A stretch of 64,000 nucleotides of DNA. Origin: a virus. Taxonomy: Duplodnaviria > Heunggongvirae > Uroviricota > Caudoviricetes. Below are positions 52,608 to 61,738 of the stretch, piece after piece. A program made the translations under genes and the position numbers. Under the pieces are notes generated by a model. It was not told the DNA's origin. It ran no database searches and worked only from the letters and a program-made list of their open reading frames with translations. Position 1 is the first letter of the stretch. Each line of letters begins with the position of its first letter. The DNA lies in the IMG/VR virus record IMGVR_UViG_3300037471_001733, positions 22,201-86,200 of that record; one strand, 5' to 3'.

Positions 52608-53357
52608 GTGATCCACTACCACGGACTGCCGATTACGCCGGACACGGCAGCAGAGCGTGCTATTGCTGGCGGCCATGCGTTTGTGTCATTCGCGCACCCT
52701 GAGCAATTGGGTCTCGCTGCGGCTGTGGCGCAATCATTCGCCATTGATAACGGCGCGTTCTCGGCTTGGCGGGCCGGCCGTCCGGTAACGGACTGGACGC
52801 CTTTCTACGAATGGGCTGCCGCAGCCAAGCGCATCCCTGGCTGCGACTTCGCCGTCATACCTGATGTCATTGACGGCACTGAGGCTGACAACGATGCGTT
52901 GCTTGCCGAGTGGCCGCTGCCCAACTGGTTCGGGGCGCCCGTGTGGCACATGAACGAGGGCCTGGATCGCCTGGAGCGCTTGGCCACCGTCTTCCCTCGC
53001 GTGTGCATCGGCAGTTCTGGCGAGTTCGCAATGGTGGGAACGCCGACGTGGTGGGGCCAGATCGCCCGCGCCATGCGTGTTGTGTGCGACGACGATGGGC
53101 GCCCGATGTGCAGGCTCCATGGCCTGCGCATGCTGGACCCGGAAGTGTTCAAGCATCTCCCGTTTTCCAGCGCAGACAGCACGAATATCGGCCGCAACAT
53201 TGGCATCGATCAAGCTTGGCGCGGCACCTATACGCCGCCGACGAAAGAGGCGCGGGCAGCTGTCATGCGCTCGCGCATTGAGGCTGAGAACGCGCCAGCA
53301 CGCTGGGCGTTTCGCATCCCCGAGTTCCATCCTGAAGACCAAGGGAGCCTGCTGTGA
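52608..53357 (+). CDS. Candidate DpdA-family (TGT-like) DNA-guanine transglycosylase; start uncertain (GTG 52608; track ORF from 52485)
   Basis: Call rests on context: directly precedes and overlaps queC-queE-queD. N-terminal HYHGLPITP is reminiscent of the TGT HGxxxTP motif. No family-level motif verified. Confidence 0.4.
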   Translation: MIHYHGLPITPDTAAERAIAGGHAFVSFAHPEQLGLAAAVAQSFAIDNGAFSAWRAGRPVTDWTPFYEWAAAAKRIPGCDFAVIPDVIDGTEADNDALLAEWPLPNWFGAPVWHMNEGLDRLERLATVFPRVCIGSSGEFAMVGTPTWWGQIARAMRVVCDDDGRPMCRLHGLRMLDPEVFKHLPFSSADSTNIGRNIGIDQAWRGTYTPPTKEARAAVMRSRIEAENAPARWAFRIPEFHPEDQGSLL

Positions 53358-53890
53358 GCAAAGTTATCCTGTTGTCCGGCGGCCTGGATTCCGCCCTGTG
53401 CTTGGCTCGCTACGGCGCCGACTTGGCCATTGGCTTCAATTACGGACAGCCGCATGCGATTGAGTTGGCCCATGCCGAGCGCATTGCAAGGCAGCACGGC
53501 GTGCCTTTCGAGATCCATGCGCTGCCGACCATGCCGCGCGTCAACGACGTCGTCTTCGCCGGCCGCAATGCGGTGATGCTGACGGCAGCCGCAGCCATTG
53601 CTCAGGCGCGCGGCCACGACGCGGTGTTGATCGGCTGCAACTTCTCGGATGCCACCCGGTTTCCTGACTGCCGGCCGGAATTCATTCGCAACATCAGCAA
53701 GGCGCTTGAGTCGGCATATGGCGTAAGCGTCTGCGCGCCGCTGCTGTTGTCCACCAAGACGCAGATAGTGGCAGAGGCCAAGCAACGCGGCATCACGGAC
53801 ACCTGGACCTGTTACGCGCCCACAACTGATGGTCAGCAGTGCGGCCAGTGCTACTCCTGCCAGGGCATCGCCTCAGCGAGCGCGTCATGA
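53354..53890 (+). CDS. queC: 7-cyano-7-deazaguanine synthase QueC
   Basis: PP-loop VILLSGGLDSALCL; C-terminal CGQCYSCQ zinc site; GTG start overlapping the upstream stop. Confidence 0.85.
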   Translation: MSKVILLSGGLDSALCLARYGADLAIGFNYGQPHAIELAHAERIARQHGVPFEIHALPTMPRVNDVVFAGRNAVMLTAAAAIAQARGHDAVLIGCNFSDATRFPDCRPEFIRNISKALESAYGVSVCAPLLLSTKTQIVAEAKQRGITDTWTCYAPTTDGQQCGQCYSCQGIASASAS

Positions 53891-54507
53891 CCTATACCGT
53901 CAAGGAGATCTTCTACACGCTGCAGGGCGAGGGCTTGCACGCCGGGCGCCCAGCGGTGTTCTGCCGCTTCGCCGGGTGCAACCTGTGGAGCGGGCGTGAG
54001 CAGGACAGGAGCAAGGCGGCATGCCGTTTCTGCGACACCGAGTTCCGCGGCGGCACGAAGTACCGCACGCCCGAGGATTTGGCTGATGCCATTGAGCAGG
54101 CGTGGGCGCCGCAGGTGGTGGCCCGACGCATGGTGGTGCTCACCGGCGGCGAGCCGGCGCTGCAGGTGGATCAGGCGCTTGTGCACTTGCTGCAGGCCCG
54201 CGGGTTCTATGTCGCCATCGAGACGAACGGCACCAAGGAACTGCCGCAGGGTCTGGATTGGGTGTGCGTGAGCCCCAAGGGCGATGAGCCGCTGCGTGTG
54301 GTGCATGGCAACGAGCTGAAGCTGGTGTACCCGCAGATGCTGGCACTGCCGCAGCGGTTTGAGGAGTTGGCCTTCGACCACTTCCTTCTGCAGCCCATGG
54401 ACGGCCCGTTCCTTGAGGCCAACACCCAGGCTGCCATCGAGTTCTGCATGGGCAACCCAAAGTGGCGGCTCTCGGTGCAGACCCACAAGTACATCGGAGT
54501 GCGCTGA
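53887..54507 (+). CDS. queE: 7-carboxy-7-deazaguanine synthase QueE (radical SAM)
   Basis: FCRFAGCNLWSGREQDRSKAACRFCDT cluster; ATGA overlap with queC. Confidence 0.85.
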   Translation: MTYTVKEIFYTLQGEGLHAGRPAVFCRFAGCNLWSGREQDRSKAACRFCDTEFRGGTKYRTPEDLADAIEQAWAPQVVARRMVVLTGGEPALQVDQALVHLLQARGFYVAIETNGTKELPQGLDWVCVSPKGDEPLRVVHGNELKLVYPQMLALPQRFEELAFDHFLLQPMDGPFLEANTQAAIEFCMGNPKWRLSVQTHKYIGVR

Positions 54508-54509
54508 CC

Positions 54510-54965
54510 ATGCCCACCACCATCATGAAACGCCTGGAGTTCGACGCCGGGCACCGCATCCCCAACCACGCCAGCAAGTGCCGCAACCTGCACGGCCACA
54601 GGTACGCGCTGGAAATCACGCTGGTGGGCGAGCCCATCGACGCCCCCGGCACCAGCAGCCACGGGATGCTGGAGGACTTCAGCGACGTGAAGCGCTTGGC
54701 GATGGAGCACCTCGTGGAGCCCTGGGACCACGCTTTCCTGGTGTACGAGGGCGACACGCAGGTGCTGGCGCTGCTGGCCGCGCTGCCCGGCCACAAGACC
54801 GTGGTGCTGCCGCGCGTGCCCACGGCCGAGAACCTCGTGGCGCTGGCCTTTGAAACGCTGGCGCCGATCTACACCGACCGCTTCGGCAACGGGCTGCGCC
54901 TGGAGCGCGTGCGCCTGTGGGAAACGCCGACGTGCTGGGCGGACTTCAGTTCCACAACCAACTGA
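54510..54965 (+). CDS. queD: 6-carboxy-5,6,7,8-tetrahydropterin synthase QueD
   Basis: RLEFDAGHRIPNHASKCRNLHGHRY is typical of the QueD/PTPS family. Confidence 0.8.
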   Translation: MPTTIMKRLEFDAGHRIPNHASKCRNLHGHRYALEITLVGEPIDAPGTSSHGMLEDFSDVKRLAMEHLVEPWDHAFLVYEGDTQVLALLAALPGHKTVVLPRVPTAENLVALAFETLAPIYTDRFGNGLRLERVRLWETPTCWADFSSTTN

Positions 54966-54973
54966 CGAGCACC

Positions 54974-56038
54974 ATGTTCAAAAACTTGACCTTGTTGCGC
55001 ATCAGCAGCGACTGGCTGCCCGATGCCATCGCTGCCGAGGACCAGCTGGCGCGCGAGCCCTTCACCGCCTGCGGTGCGACACAACCCGCGAGTGCTGGCT
55101 GGGTGCCGCCGCGAGGTGTGCCGCATGCGCCGCTGCTGGAGGTCATCGGCGGCCATTGGATTCTGTCGTTGATGTCAGAGCGCCGGCTGCTGCCCGGATC
55201 TGTCATCAAGGACCGCGTTGCCGAGATGACTGCCGAGTTCGAGAAGGCCAACGGCTACAAGGTCGGCAAGCGCCAGCGCAAGGAACTGGTGGCGCAGGCC
55301 GAGCAGGAGTTGCTGCCGAAGGCATTCACGAAACGCTCGCTGACCAAGGTGTGGCTCGACCCCCGCGCCCGCCTCCTAGCGGTCGACACCGGCAGCGCCA
55401 GCGCGGCCGAGTCTGTGGTTTCGATGCTGGTCAAGAGCCTGGACGGCTTTGGTGTGCAGCCTGTGACGACTTGGCTGGCGCCGGCCGGCGCGATGGCGGC
55501 TTGGATCAGCGAAGGCTGCGCGCCAAGCGGCTTCAGCCTGGACCGCGAGTGCGAGCTCAAGTCCACGGACGAGATGAAGAGCGTCGTCCGCTACGCCCGC
55601 CACTCGCTGGACAACGATGACGTGCGCCGCCACATCGCATCCGGCAAGCGCCCGACGCGCCTGGCGCTGTCCTGGGGCGACCGCGTGGCGTTCACCTTGA
55701 CCGATGGGCTTGTGCTCAAGCGCATCGAGTTTCTTGACGTCGCCATGGAAGGCCGCTCCGAAGTGGACGCGGCAGAGGCCTTTGACGCTGATGCTGCTAT
55801 CGCCTGCGGCGAGCTCAGCCGCCTGATACCGGATCTGCTGGCGGCGCTTGGTAACGAGGCTGAGCAGTCGCGCATCCACGAGGAAGAATCCAGCCCCAAG
55901 GCTGCGCTACAGGACCCCGCAGTGCCGAATTTGGACCACATCAGTACATCAGCGCTCTACTTGGCAGCGCAGGTGGAGCAGCAGATGGCTCCGATACGCG
56001 CGGCCCTGTCCGAGACTGCAGGAGCCGCCAAGGCATGA
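54974..56038 (+). CDS. rdgC: Recombination-associated protein RdgC
   Basis: MFKNLTLLRISSDWLPDAIAAEDQLAREPFTACGATQPASAGWVPP parallels the RdgC N-terminus. Confidence 0.7.
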   Translation: MFKNLTLLRISSDWLPDAIAAEDQLAREPFTACGATQPASAGWVPPRGVPHAPLLEVIGGHWILSLMSERRLLPGSVIKDRVAEMTAEFEKANGYKVGKRQRKELVAQAEQELLPKAFTKRSLTKVWLDPRARLLAVDTGSASAAESVVSMLVKSLDGFGVQPVTTWLAPAGAMAAWISEGCAPSGFSLDRECELKSTDEMKSVVRYARHSLDNDDVRRHIASGKRPTRLALSWGDRVAFTLTDGLVLKRIEFLDVAMEGRSEVDAAEAFDADAAIACGELSRLIPDLLAALGNEAEQSRIHEEESSPKAALQDPAVPNLDHISTSALYLAAQVEQQMAPIRAALSETAGAAKA

Positions 56039-56616
56039 GCCTGCACATCGTCCCGATCACGCTTGAGCAGGCCAAGAGGTTCGTGCGCCGGCACCACCGC
56101 CACAACAAGCCGCCCACGGGCTGGAAGTTCGGCGTGGGCCTGTGCCACAGCGCCGGGCCGCTAGTGGGAGTGGCGACCGCTGGGCGCCCGGTGTCGCGCG
56201 AGATCCAGGAGCGCGAGCCGCTGACGCTGGAGGTCAACCGCACGTGCACGGACGGCACGCGCAACGCCAACTCGATGCTCTACGGCGCGATCTGGCGCGC
56301 GGCCAAGGCCCTGGGCTACACGCGCGCCATCACCTACATCCAAGGCAACGAGACGGGCGCCTCGCTCAAGGCTGCGGGCTGGGTGAAGGTGCGCGACCTA
56401 GATGCGCGCGGCTCCTGGAAGGAGTCGAGCAAGAAGTTGGCGCACCTGCGCGACGACGAGGGCACGGGCGGCGTGGCGCGGCAGCTGTGGGAAATCCGCG
56501 CTGCGACCGCCGGCCCAGTGGTGCTGCCCGACCTGGGCGCCGACGACGATCTGACAGACGACACAGAAGACCCCACGGGCGACTTGTTCGCCGAAGCTGA
56601 AGGAGAGCCCGCATGA
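56035..56616 (+). CDS. Hypothetical protein with acidic C-terminal tail
   Basis: 193 aa; no family recognised. Confidence 0.45.
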   Translation: MSLHIVPITLEQAKRFVRRHHRHNKPPTGWKFGVGLCHSAGPLVGVATAGRPVSREIQEREPLTLEVNRTCTDGTRNANSMLYGAIWRAAKALGYTRAITYIQGNETGASLKAAGWVKVRDLDARGSWKESSKKLAHLRDDEGTGGVARQLWEIRAATAGPVVLPDLGADDDLTDDTEDPTGDLFAEAEGEPA

Positions 56617-56774
56617 CCATCGTCGCCCGCCAACCCATCCGCCAAGCCTTCAAGGCCGCCCTCAAGATCGACCCGCACAAGACGCTGGAGCAGTGCATCG
56701 AGGACGCCATCCAGACCGTCGCCAAGGAGCGACGCCTGCCGGCCGAGTTGGTGCGGCAGGCCATTGAGGACTGA
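56613..56774 (+). CDS. Small hypothetical protein (53 aa)
   Basis: ATGA overlap; not in the ORF track (under 60 aa). Confidence 0.3.
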   Translation: MTIVARQPIRQAFKAALKIDPHKTLEQCIEDAIQTVAKERRLPAELVRQAIED

Positions 56775-56778
56775 CACC

Positions 56779-57249
56779 ATGAGCACGAATCCCATTGCCT
56801 CCATCACCGAGTGGATGGATGGAGCAGGCCACGGACCCGAGAGCCTGCCGCTGTACTTCGCTCTGACGCTGGAAGAAGGCGGGCAGGAGATGCTGGACCC
56901 GGTGTCGCTGCTGCACCCCAACGACAGGGTTGAGCCCACCGAAAGGCTTGGACTGATGCTGAAGAACCTGAGCCGAATGATCCGCAACGGCGATGTGCGC
57001 TTGGATGTGGCCAACCGCGCGGAGCTACTGGATGCAGCGCTGGACACCGCCTGGGTTGCCCTGTGCCTGGCGCGCACGCTCACCGGCGACAGGCTGGGAG
57101 AGGCTTGGGCGGAACTGCATCGCAGCAACGTGACGGACAAGCAGCAGGACGGCGTGTTCGTCAAGGACGCATCAGGCAAGGTCTGCAAGCCGAATGGCTA
57201 CAGAGGCCCGAACTTCGCGCAGTTCCTATTAGCGGCAAAGACTAGTTGA
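56779..57249 (+). CDS. Possible MazG-like all-alpha NTP pyrophosphohydrolase
   Basis: RBS GAGGA; EEGGQEML...ELLDAALDTAWVALCLARTLTGDRLGEAWAELHRSN resembles the MazG helical core. Confidence 0.4.
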   Translation: MSTNPIASITEWMDGAGHGPESLPLYFALTLEEGGQEMLDPVSLLHPNDRVEPTERLGLMLKNLSRMIRNGDVRLDVANRAELLDAALDTAWVALCLARTLTGDRLGEAWAELHRSNVTDKQQDGVFVKDASGKVCKPNGYRGPNFAQFLLAAKTS

Positions 57250-57335
57250 TTTGTGTGACTATGCGTCGAGAAATGCCTTATCCACAGGCTTTTTAATACA
57301 CTCAGTCAGTGCCGCGTTGACCCAGGAGCCTGCCC

Positions 57336-57665
57336 TTGAACCAAGACGACAAGCCAATCCGAGAAGCCCGTGCGGCGCTTCTGGAACTGCGCGGCCTCGG
57401 CATCGAAAAGCCTGCGCGTGCACAGCAACTGTTCGCGCGCATCGGGCTGGCGCTGGATGCCGTTGCTGCGGACCAGCACATGAGCCTGTTCCTCGCCGCC
57501 TATGCCGTGCTTCAGCAGCGCCAGCACGGAGGCGTCACGCCGCACGGATGGGAGCAGTTGTGGAATGCGGCTGACGCGCTGCTGGGGCACTACGGGATCA
57601 CCGGACCGGCAGACGTGGATGCGCTGCAGGAGCAACTTGACGAACGAATGGAGCAGCCGGCTTGA
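57336..57665 (+). CDS. Hypothetical protein (TTG start)
   Basis: 109 aa; RBS GGAG 9 nt upstream. Confidence 0.4.
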   Translation: MNQDDKPIREARAALLELRGLGIEKPARAQQLFARIGLALDAVAADQHMSLFLAAYAVLQQRQHGGVTPHGWEQLWNAADALLGHYGITGPADVDALQEQLDERMEQPA

Positions 57666-58108
57666 ACTACATGATCGACCAGCCCTCTTGGGCGGATGCG
57701 CCAGCGTGGGCCACGCATCTGCTGCGCCATGACACCAATTTTCCGCACGAGGTCTACGCCTGGGCATGCGATGGCGGTGACAGACGCCTTTATGCCGGCC
57801 CGGCTGGGCATGTCAATGCGCGACTGCAGCTTGTTGTTGGCGAGCACGACGACCTGTGGAAGATGATCGAAACGCGGCCGGCAGCGCCAGCCGCCGACAT
57901 AGGGCACTGCGGCCAGTGCCACTTCGCCGGCCCCGTGGAGATGAGGATGTGCCTATGCCGGCGCCACGCCCCAACAGGCGTGCGCAATCCGCCGCATGTA
58001 GTTGACATTCGGAGCGGCTGCCTGTCGTCGGCGGCGCCAGCGTTTCCGCTCATGGCCGCAGAGCGCGACTGGTGCGGCGACTTTCGGCGCCGGGAGGCTG
58101 GAGCATGA
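57662..58108 (+). CDS. Hypothetical Cys/His-rich protein
   Basis: 148 aa. Confidence 0.4.
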   Translation: MNYMIDQPSWADAPAWATHLLRHDTNFPHEVYAWACDGGDRRLYAGPAGHVNARLQLVVGEHDDLWKMIETRPAAPAADIGHCGQCHFAGPVEMRMCLCRRHAPTGVRNPPHVVDIRSGCLSSAAPAFPLMAAERDWCGDFRRREAGA

Positions 58109-58461
58109 GCAACGACACCTATCTGACCATCGTGTACCGCGGCATCCAGGCCGGCGACGAAGCCCGCGCACTGACCGAGCACCCGAAAGCCTCGGTGCTC
58201 GCATGGGGGCATCAACTGCTCAAGCGCGACATCCTGCAGGAGACGGTGGACTGCCAAGCCGCCGAGATCGCGTCGCTCAAAGCCGCGCTGGAGCACTCGC
58301 AGCGTGCCGGCGGAACGCAGCAGCAACCTGGCGATCAGATGGCAAGGCTGCGCGAACTGTCAGCACTGGATGATCGGATCAACGCGCTGCGCGACAAGCG
58401 CGACACGCTGCTGCGCTTGATTGCGGAAAGCCACGCGGGCACCACCGGGAGCGCGGCATGA
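58105..58461 (+). CDS. Hypothetical coiled-coil protein
   Basis: 118 aa; RBS GGAGG. Confidence 0.45.
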   Translation: MSNDTYLTIVYRGIQAGDEARALTEHPKASVLAWGHQLLKRDILQETVDCQAAEIASLKAALEHSQRAGGTQQQPGDQMARLRELSALDDRINALRDKRDTLLRLIAESHAGTTGSAA

Positions 58462-59000
58462 GAAACGAGAACGCTAATCCCGCGCCGGCCATCCAAGTCG
58501 CCGAAATCGTGGAGATACTGCCCACACGCATCTGGATCGAGTCCGATTTTTTGGGCGGGCGCCATGTCGTGCTGCAGCACCAGGACTGCGAGCAGTTCAC
58601 CTACGCGAGCTTTGGCTACGACTGGCGCTACACCAGCAACGCCGGCACGTATGAAGCCGCGCGGCAGATTGCGCTGGCGCTCGGAGCGCAAGAACCGATT
58701 GAGGAGCGCACGCGCGGCCTGGAGCCGCCTGACTCGACGGCGATGCAGTACCTGGCGCTCACGGACGCCATGCACTACGAGGCCGGCCCGCAACTGCTGT
58801 CGCCGGAGGAATACGCCGCCGCGCTGTACGCCGATGCCGCACGCTACCGCTGGCTCATGGGCGACTGCGACGGCGACGCGCAGGACGACGTGATTCAGTG
58901 GCTCGCCAAGACGGTAGCCAGCAAGGGCTGCATTGATGCGCTCATCGACAACGCCAGGATGGACCCGGCCACAGGCGCCATTGAGGGAGCGCAGCCATGA
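58458..59000 (+). CDS. Hypothetical protein
   Basis: 180 aa. Confidence 0.45.
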   Translation: MRNENANPAPAIQVAEIVEILPTRIWIESDFLGGRHVVLQHQDCEQFTYASFGYDWRYTSNAGTYEAARQIALALGAQEPIEERTRGLEPPDSTAMQYLALTDAMHYEAGPQLLSPEEYAAALYADAARYRWLMGDCDGDAQDDVIQWLAKTVASKGCIDALIDNARMDPATGAIEGAQP

Positions 59001-59668
59001 GCACCGTCACCATCAGCCGCGCCACGCTAGAGCGCTGGGAGGGTTTGCTGTTCGCTGCCCACCAAGGCATTGCGCACAAGTCGGTAGTGCGTGATGTGCG
59101 CGGCGAGATGCAGACCACGTTGGCGGACGCGGACACCATCGCACACAGCGAGTGGAAGTGCGGCAACGAGTTCCTGCCATACCACCCGCAGGCATCACAC
59201 GCACCGCCCGACTACAGGGATGGCTGGAATGCCTGCTTTAAGGCGGCAATGGCGCTGCGCCAGCCCATCCCCGAATCCATGCTCACCGGTCCAGCGCTTG
59301 GCGAGGCCATCGAGGCAGCGCGCGCCAAGAAAGGCGTCACCAAGAAGGCCATGGCCGACCACTTCGGCGTTGAGCCGCCGTCGATTCAGGGCTGGGTCAA
59401 CTGCGGCACCATCAGCAAGGAAAAGCTGCCGAAGCTTTGGGCGTACTTCAGCGACGTGGTCGGCCCGGAGCATTGGGGGCTTAGCGCCTACGCGGCGCCG
59501 GTCTCGCGATTCAGCGACGCGGATGTCAAGCAAATCATGGCGCTGGTCCACGACGCCAAGAACGCCTCCGTGATGATTGGCAAGGGCTGCGACTACGCCG
59601 CCTGGTATCGCAAGGCAGAGAAAGCTACCGATGAAATTGAGGCGCTGCTGCGCGCTGCTGGAGGTTGA
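58997..59668 (+). CDS. Hypothetical protein with internal HTH-like segment
   Basis: KKGVTKKAMADHFGVEPPSIQGWVNCGTISKEKL. Confidence 0.45.
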   Translation: MSTVTISRATLERWEGLLFAAHQGIAHKSVVRDVRGEMQTTLADADTIAHSEWKCGNEFLPYHPQASHAPPDYRDGWNACFKAAMALRQPIPESMLTGPALGEAIEAARAKKGVTKKAMADHFGVEPPSIQGWVNCGTISKEKLPKLWAYFSDVVGPEHWGLSAYAAPVSRFSDADVKQIMALVHDAKNASVMIGKGCDYAAWYRKAEKATDEIEALLRAAGG

Positions 59669-59782
59669 CATGGACGAGACCCTGCACACCGGCCTGACGC
59701 TCGCTGCCCTCATCGGAGCCATCCTGTTTCTGGCGTGGGCCTGGACCCGCGAGGACCGGCGCGACGAGCGCGGGGACTGACG

Positions 59783-60076
59783 ATGCCCGATGCCCTGCTT
59801 TTCCTCGCAGACGTGCTCCTGCTGGCGCTGGTGATCGTCGGCATGTGCCTACTGCACAGCCAGCAGAAGAACCGCGAGAAGGTCGATGCTGCCGTGCGCG
59901 AACTCAACACAGCCGTGCAACGGGTGTTGGACGCGCGCGACAAGATCATTGAACTCGGCTACGAGCAGGACCGCAAGGCCGCCGAGCTGCGCCAGTACCT
60001 CAACGGCTTCGCGGGCTGGCTGTCGCTGCAGCGGGCCATTCACGATGCGGCCGAAGCCGCCACCAAGAAGGACTGA
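59783..60076 (+). CDS. Membrane-anchored coiled-coil protein
   Basis: 98 aa; N-terminal TM segment LLFLADVLLLALVIVGMCLL. Confidence 0.4.
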   Translation: MPDALLFLADVLLLALVIVGMCLLHSQQKNREKVDAAVRELNTAVQRVLDARDKIIELGYEQDRKAAELRQYLNGFAGWLSLQRAIHDAAEAATKKD

Positions 60077-60078
60077 GC

Positions 60079-60519
60079 ATGGCCGTATCCGCGATTCAAC
60101 CGAAGCGCCCCAAAACCTCTGGCTGGGTTCCGGTGCCAGCATGGCAACAGCAGAAGCGGCACATTGAGCTGGTGTGCGACTTCCCTTCTGAGGCGTGGCT
60201 GCACCGCAGCAGCGGCATCTACGTGATCAGTTCTGTGGAAGTGGCTCACGACCCAGGGCAGCCCGACCTTGGGCCGGAATACCACCTGAGTATGAGCCGC
60301 AATGGTGGGCGCTGCACCAGCGGCGATGCGCTGTGGGTGCTGTCCTGCTTCGACGTGTCCGACGCGAAGGAAGACAACCATGTGCCCAACGGCATCGCCA
60401 GGAATTGGTGGCGCCCGGTGGCCGACAACCTCAGCGGCTACGAGTGCCCGTGCCAGGATGAAGAGCCGGCGATGCGAGAGGACAAGGGCGACTATGTTTG
60501 GCGCGGAGTGACGCGGTGA
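60079..60519 (+). CDS. Hypothetical protein
   Basis: 146 aa. Confidence 0.45.
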   Translation: MAVSAIQPKRPKTSGWVPVPAWQQQKRHIELVCDFPSEAWLHRSSGIYVISSVEVAHDPGQPDLGPEYHLSMSRNGGRCTSGDALWVLSCFDVSDAKEDNHVPNGIARNWWRPVADNLSGYECPCQDEEPAMREDKGDYVWRGVTR

Positions 60520-60758
60520 GCCTGTTCACCGTTCTGACGCCCGCTGAGGCTGAGTTGATGCAGACCGAAATCCGCCTGCTGCGCGAAACCGTGAAAGGCC
60601 TATCCACCGTGCTCAACATCGCCCGCACGCATAAATGCGGCAGCGTGGGCGACTACATCCCGACAAATGCAGGCAGCCAAGTACGGTGTGCAGATGCGCT
60701 GGCCATGGCGCATACAGCGCTGCTACTTGGGACCAGGAAACCGCTGGAGAAAAACTGA
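60516..60758 (+). CDS. Hypothetical protein (GTG start)
   Basis: 80 aa; GTGA overlap. Confidence 0.35.
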   Translation: MSLFTVLTPAEAELMQTEIRLLRETVKGLSTVLNIARTHKCGSVGDYIPTNAGSQVRCADALAMAHTALLLGTRKPLEKN

Positions 60759-61036
60759 TGACCACCACCCAGACACCCGAGATGCTGGACGAGCTGCTGC
60801 GCGTCACGACCCCGGCGCAACCTCGGATCGACTACGACACGCTGCGTGCGCGGTACGAGTGGCTGTGCAGCAACCTGGGCAAGCTCTACAGGGTTGAAGC
60901 CCTTCGACGCGCTGGTGCCGCAGACGGCGACCCCGTGGACGCCACGAGATTCGAGTTCAGGAAGTGGGATGGCTGCGTGTTTGACCCGGCCAGCGTGGAT
61001 GCATTGGTGGCGAAGGCTATGAAGGGGGAAGGCTGA
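60758..61036 (+). CDS. Hypothetical protein
   Basis: 92 aa; TGATG overlap. Confidence 0.4.
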   Translation: MTTTQTPEMLDELLRVTTPAQPRIDYDTLRARYEWLCSNLGKLYRVEALRRAGAADGDPVDATRFEFRKWDGCVFDPASVDALVAKAMKGEG

Positions 61037-61227
61037 TGGCGAGCCCATACGCCAGATGCACCTGCCCCCTGGGAAGCACCTGCTCCTGTGGTGCCCTGAC
61101 CTACGGCGACCTACAGAACCACGAGGTCAAGATGCTGCGCGAGGCCGTGACGAAGCTGCGCAATAAGGCAAAGGCCGCGGCGCCGGCAGACACGCAGGCG
61201 GCGCTGGGGCTGGAGGGCAAGCCTTGA
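61036..61227 (+). CDS. Small Cys-containing protein
   Basis: 63 aa. Confidence 0.35.
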   Translation: MASPYARCTCPLGSTCSCGALTYGDLQNHEVKMLREAVTKLRNKAKAAAPADTQAALGLEGKP

Positions 61228-61424
61228 ACAGCCGCAGCACCCGCTGGCACGCTCGCGTCGGCATGGCATGGCTTGCCGCCTCATTCCTCTGCGACTTCGG
61301 CCGCTTGGCCGTTGACAGGCTCAGCACTGTGGACAGCGTGCTCTTTGGCGCGCAATTGGTCTGCATCGCGGTATCGGCCGCTCATGCCGTCGCGTCGATC
61401 GCTACATGGAGGTCGCAACCTTGA
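61224..61424 (+). CDS. Small membrane protein
   Basis: 66 aa. Confidence 0.35.
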   Translation: MNSRSTRWHARVGMAWLAASFLCDFGRLAVDRLSTVDSVLFGAQLVCIAVSAAHAVASIATWRSQP

Positions 61425-61738
61425 AGCTGCGTCAACTCAAGCGGAAGCACGTCGGGCGCCTGCGCCTGCGCATCGTCATGGCGCGCATGGCCGCGCTGAG
61501 GATCGAGTGGGACCGCGCCTTAGACGACATGGCCGGCGCGATGGCAAAGGCCATCCTTGGCTATGGCGAGGCGATCAAGCAGCGCCTGCTACTGGTCTTC
61601 AACAAGACCGGCGATCTCGTGGCCCACAGCGATACCGCTTGCCAACCGGACACGCCGATGACCATGGGCCTGATCCCCGCCAACACGCAAATCAAAGGCC
61701 ACATCGCCAGTGCGCCGCTGGAAATGCATGACCGATAG
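61406..61738 (+). CDS. Hypothetical protein
   Basis: 110 aa. Confidence 0.35.
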   Translation: MEVATLKLRQLKRKHVGRLRLRIVMARMAALRIEWDRALDDMAGAMAKAILGYGEAIKQRLLLVFNKTGDLVAHSDTACQPDTPMTMGLIPANTQIKGHIASAPLEMHDR

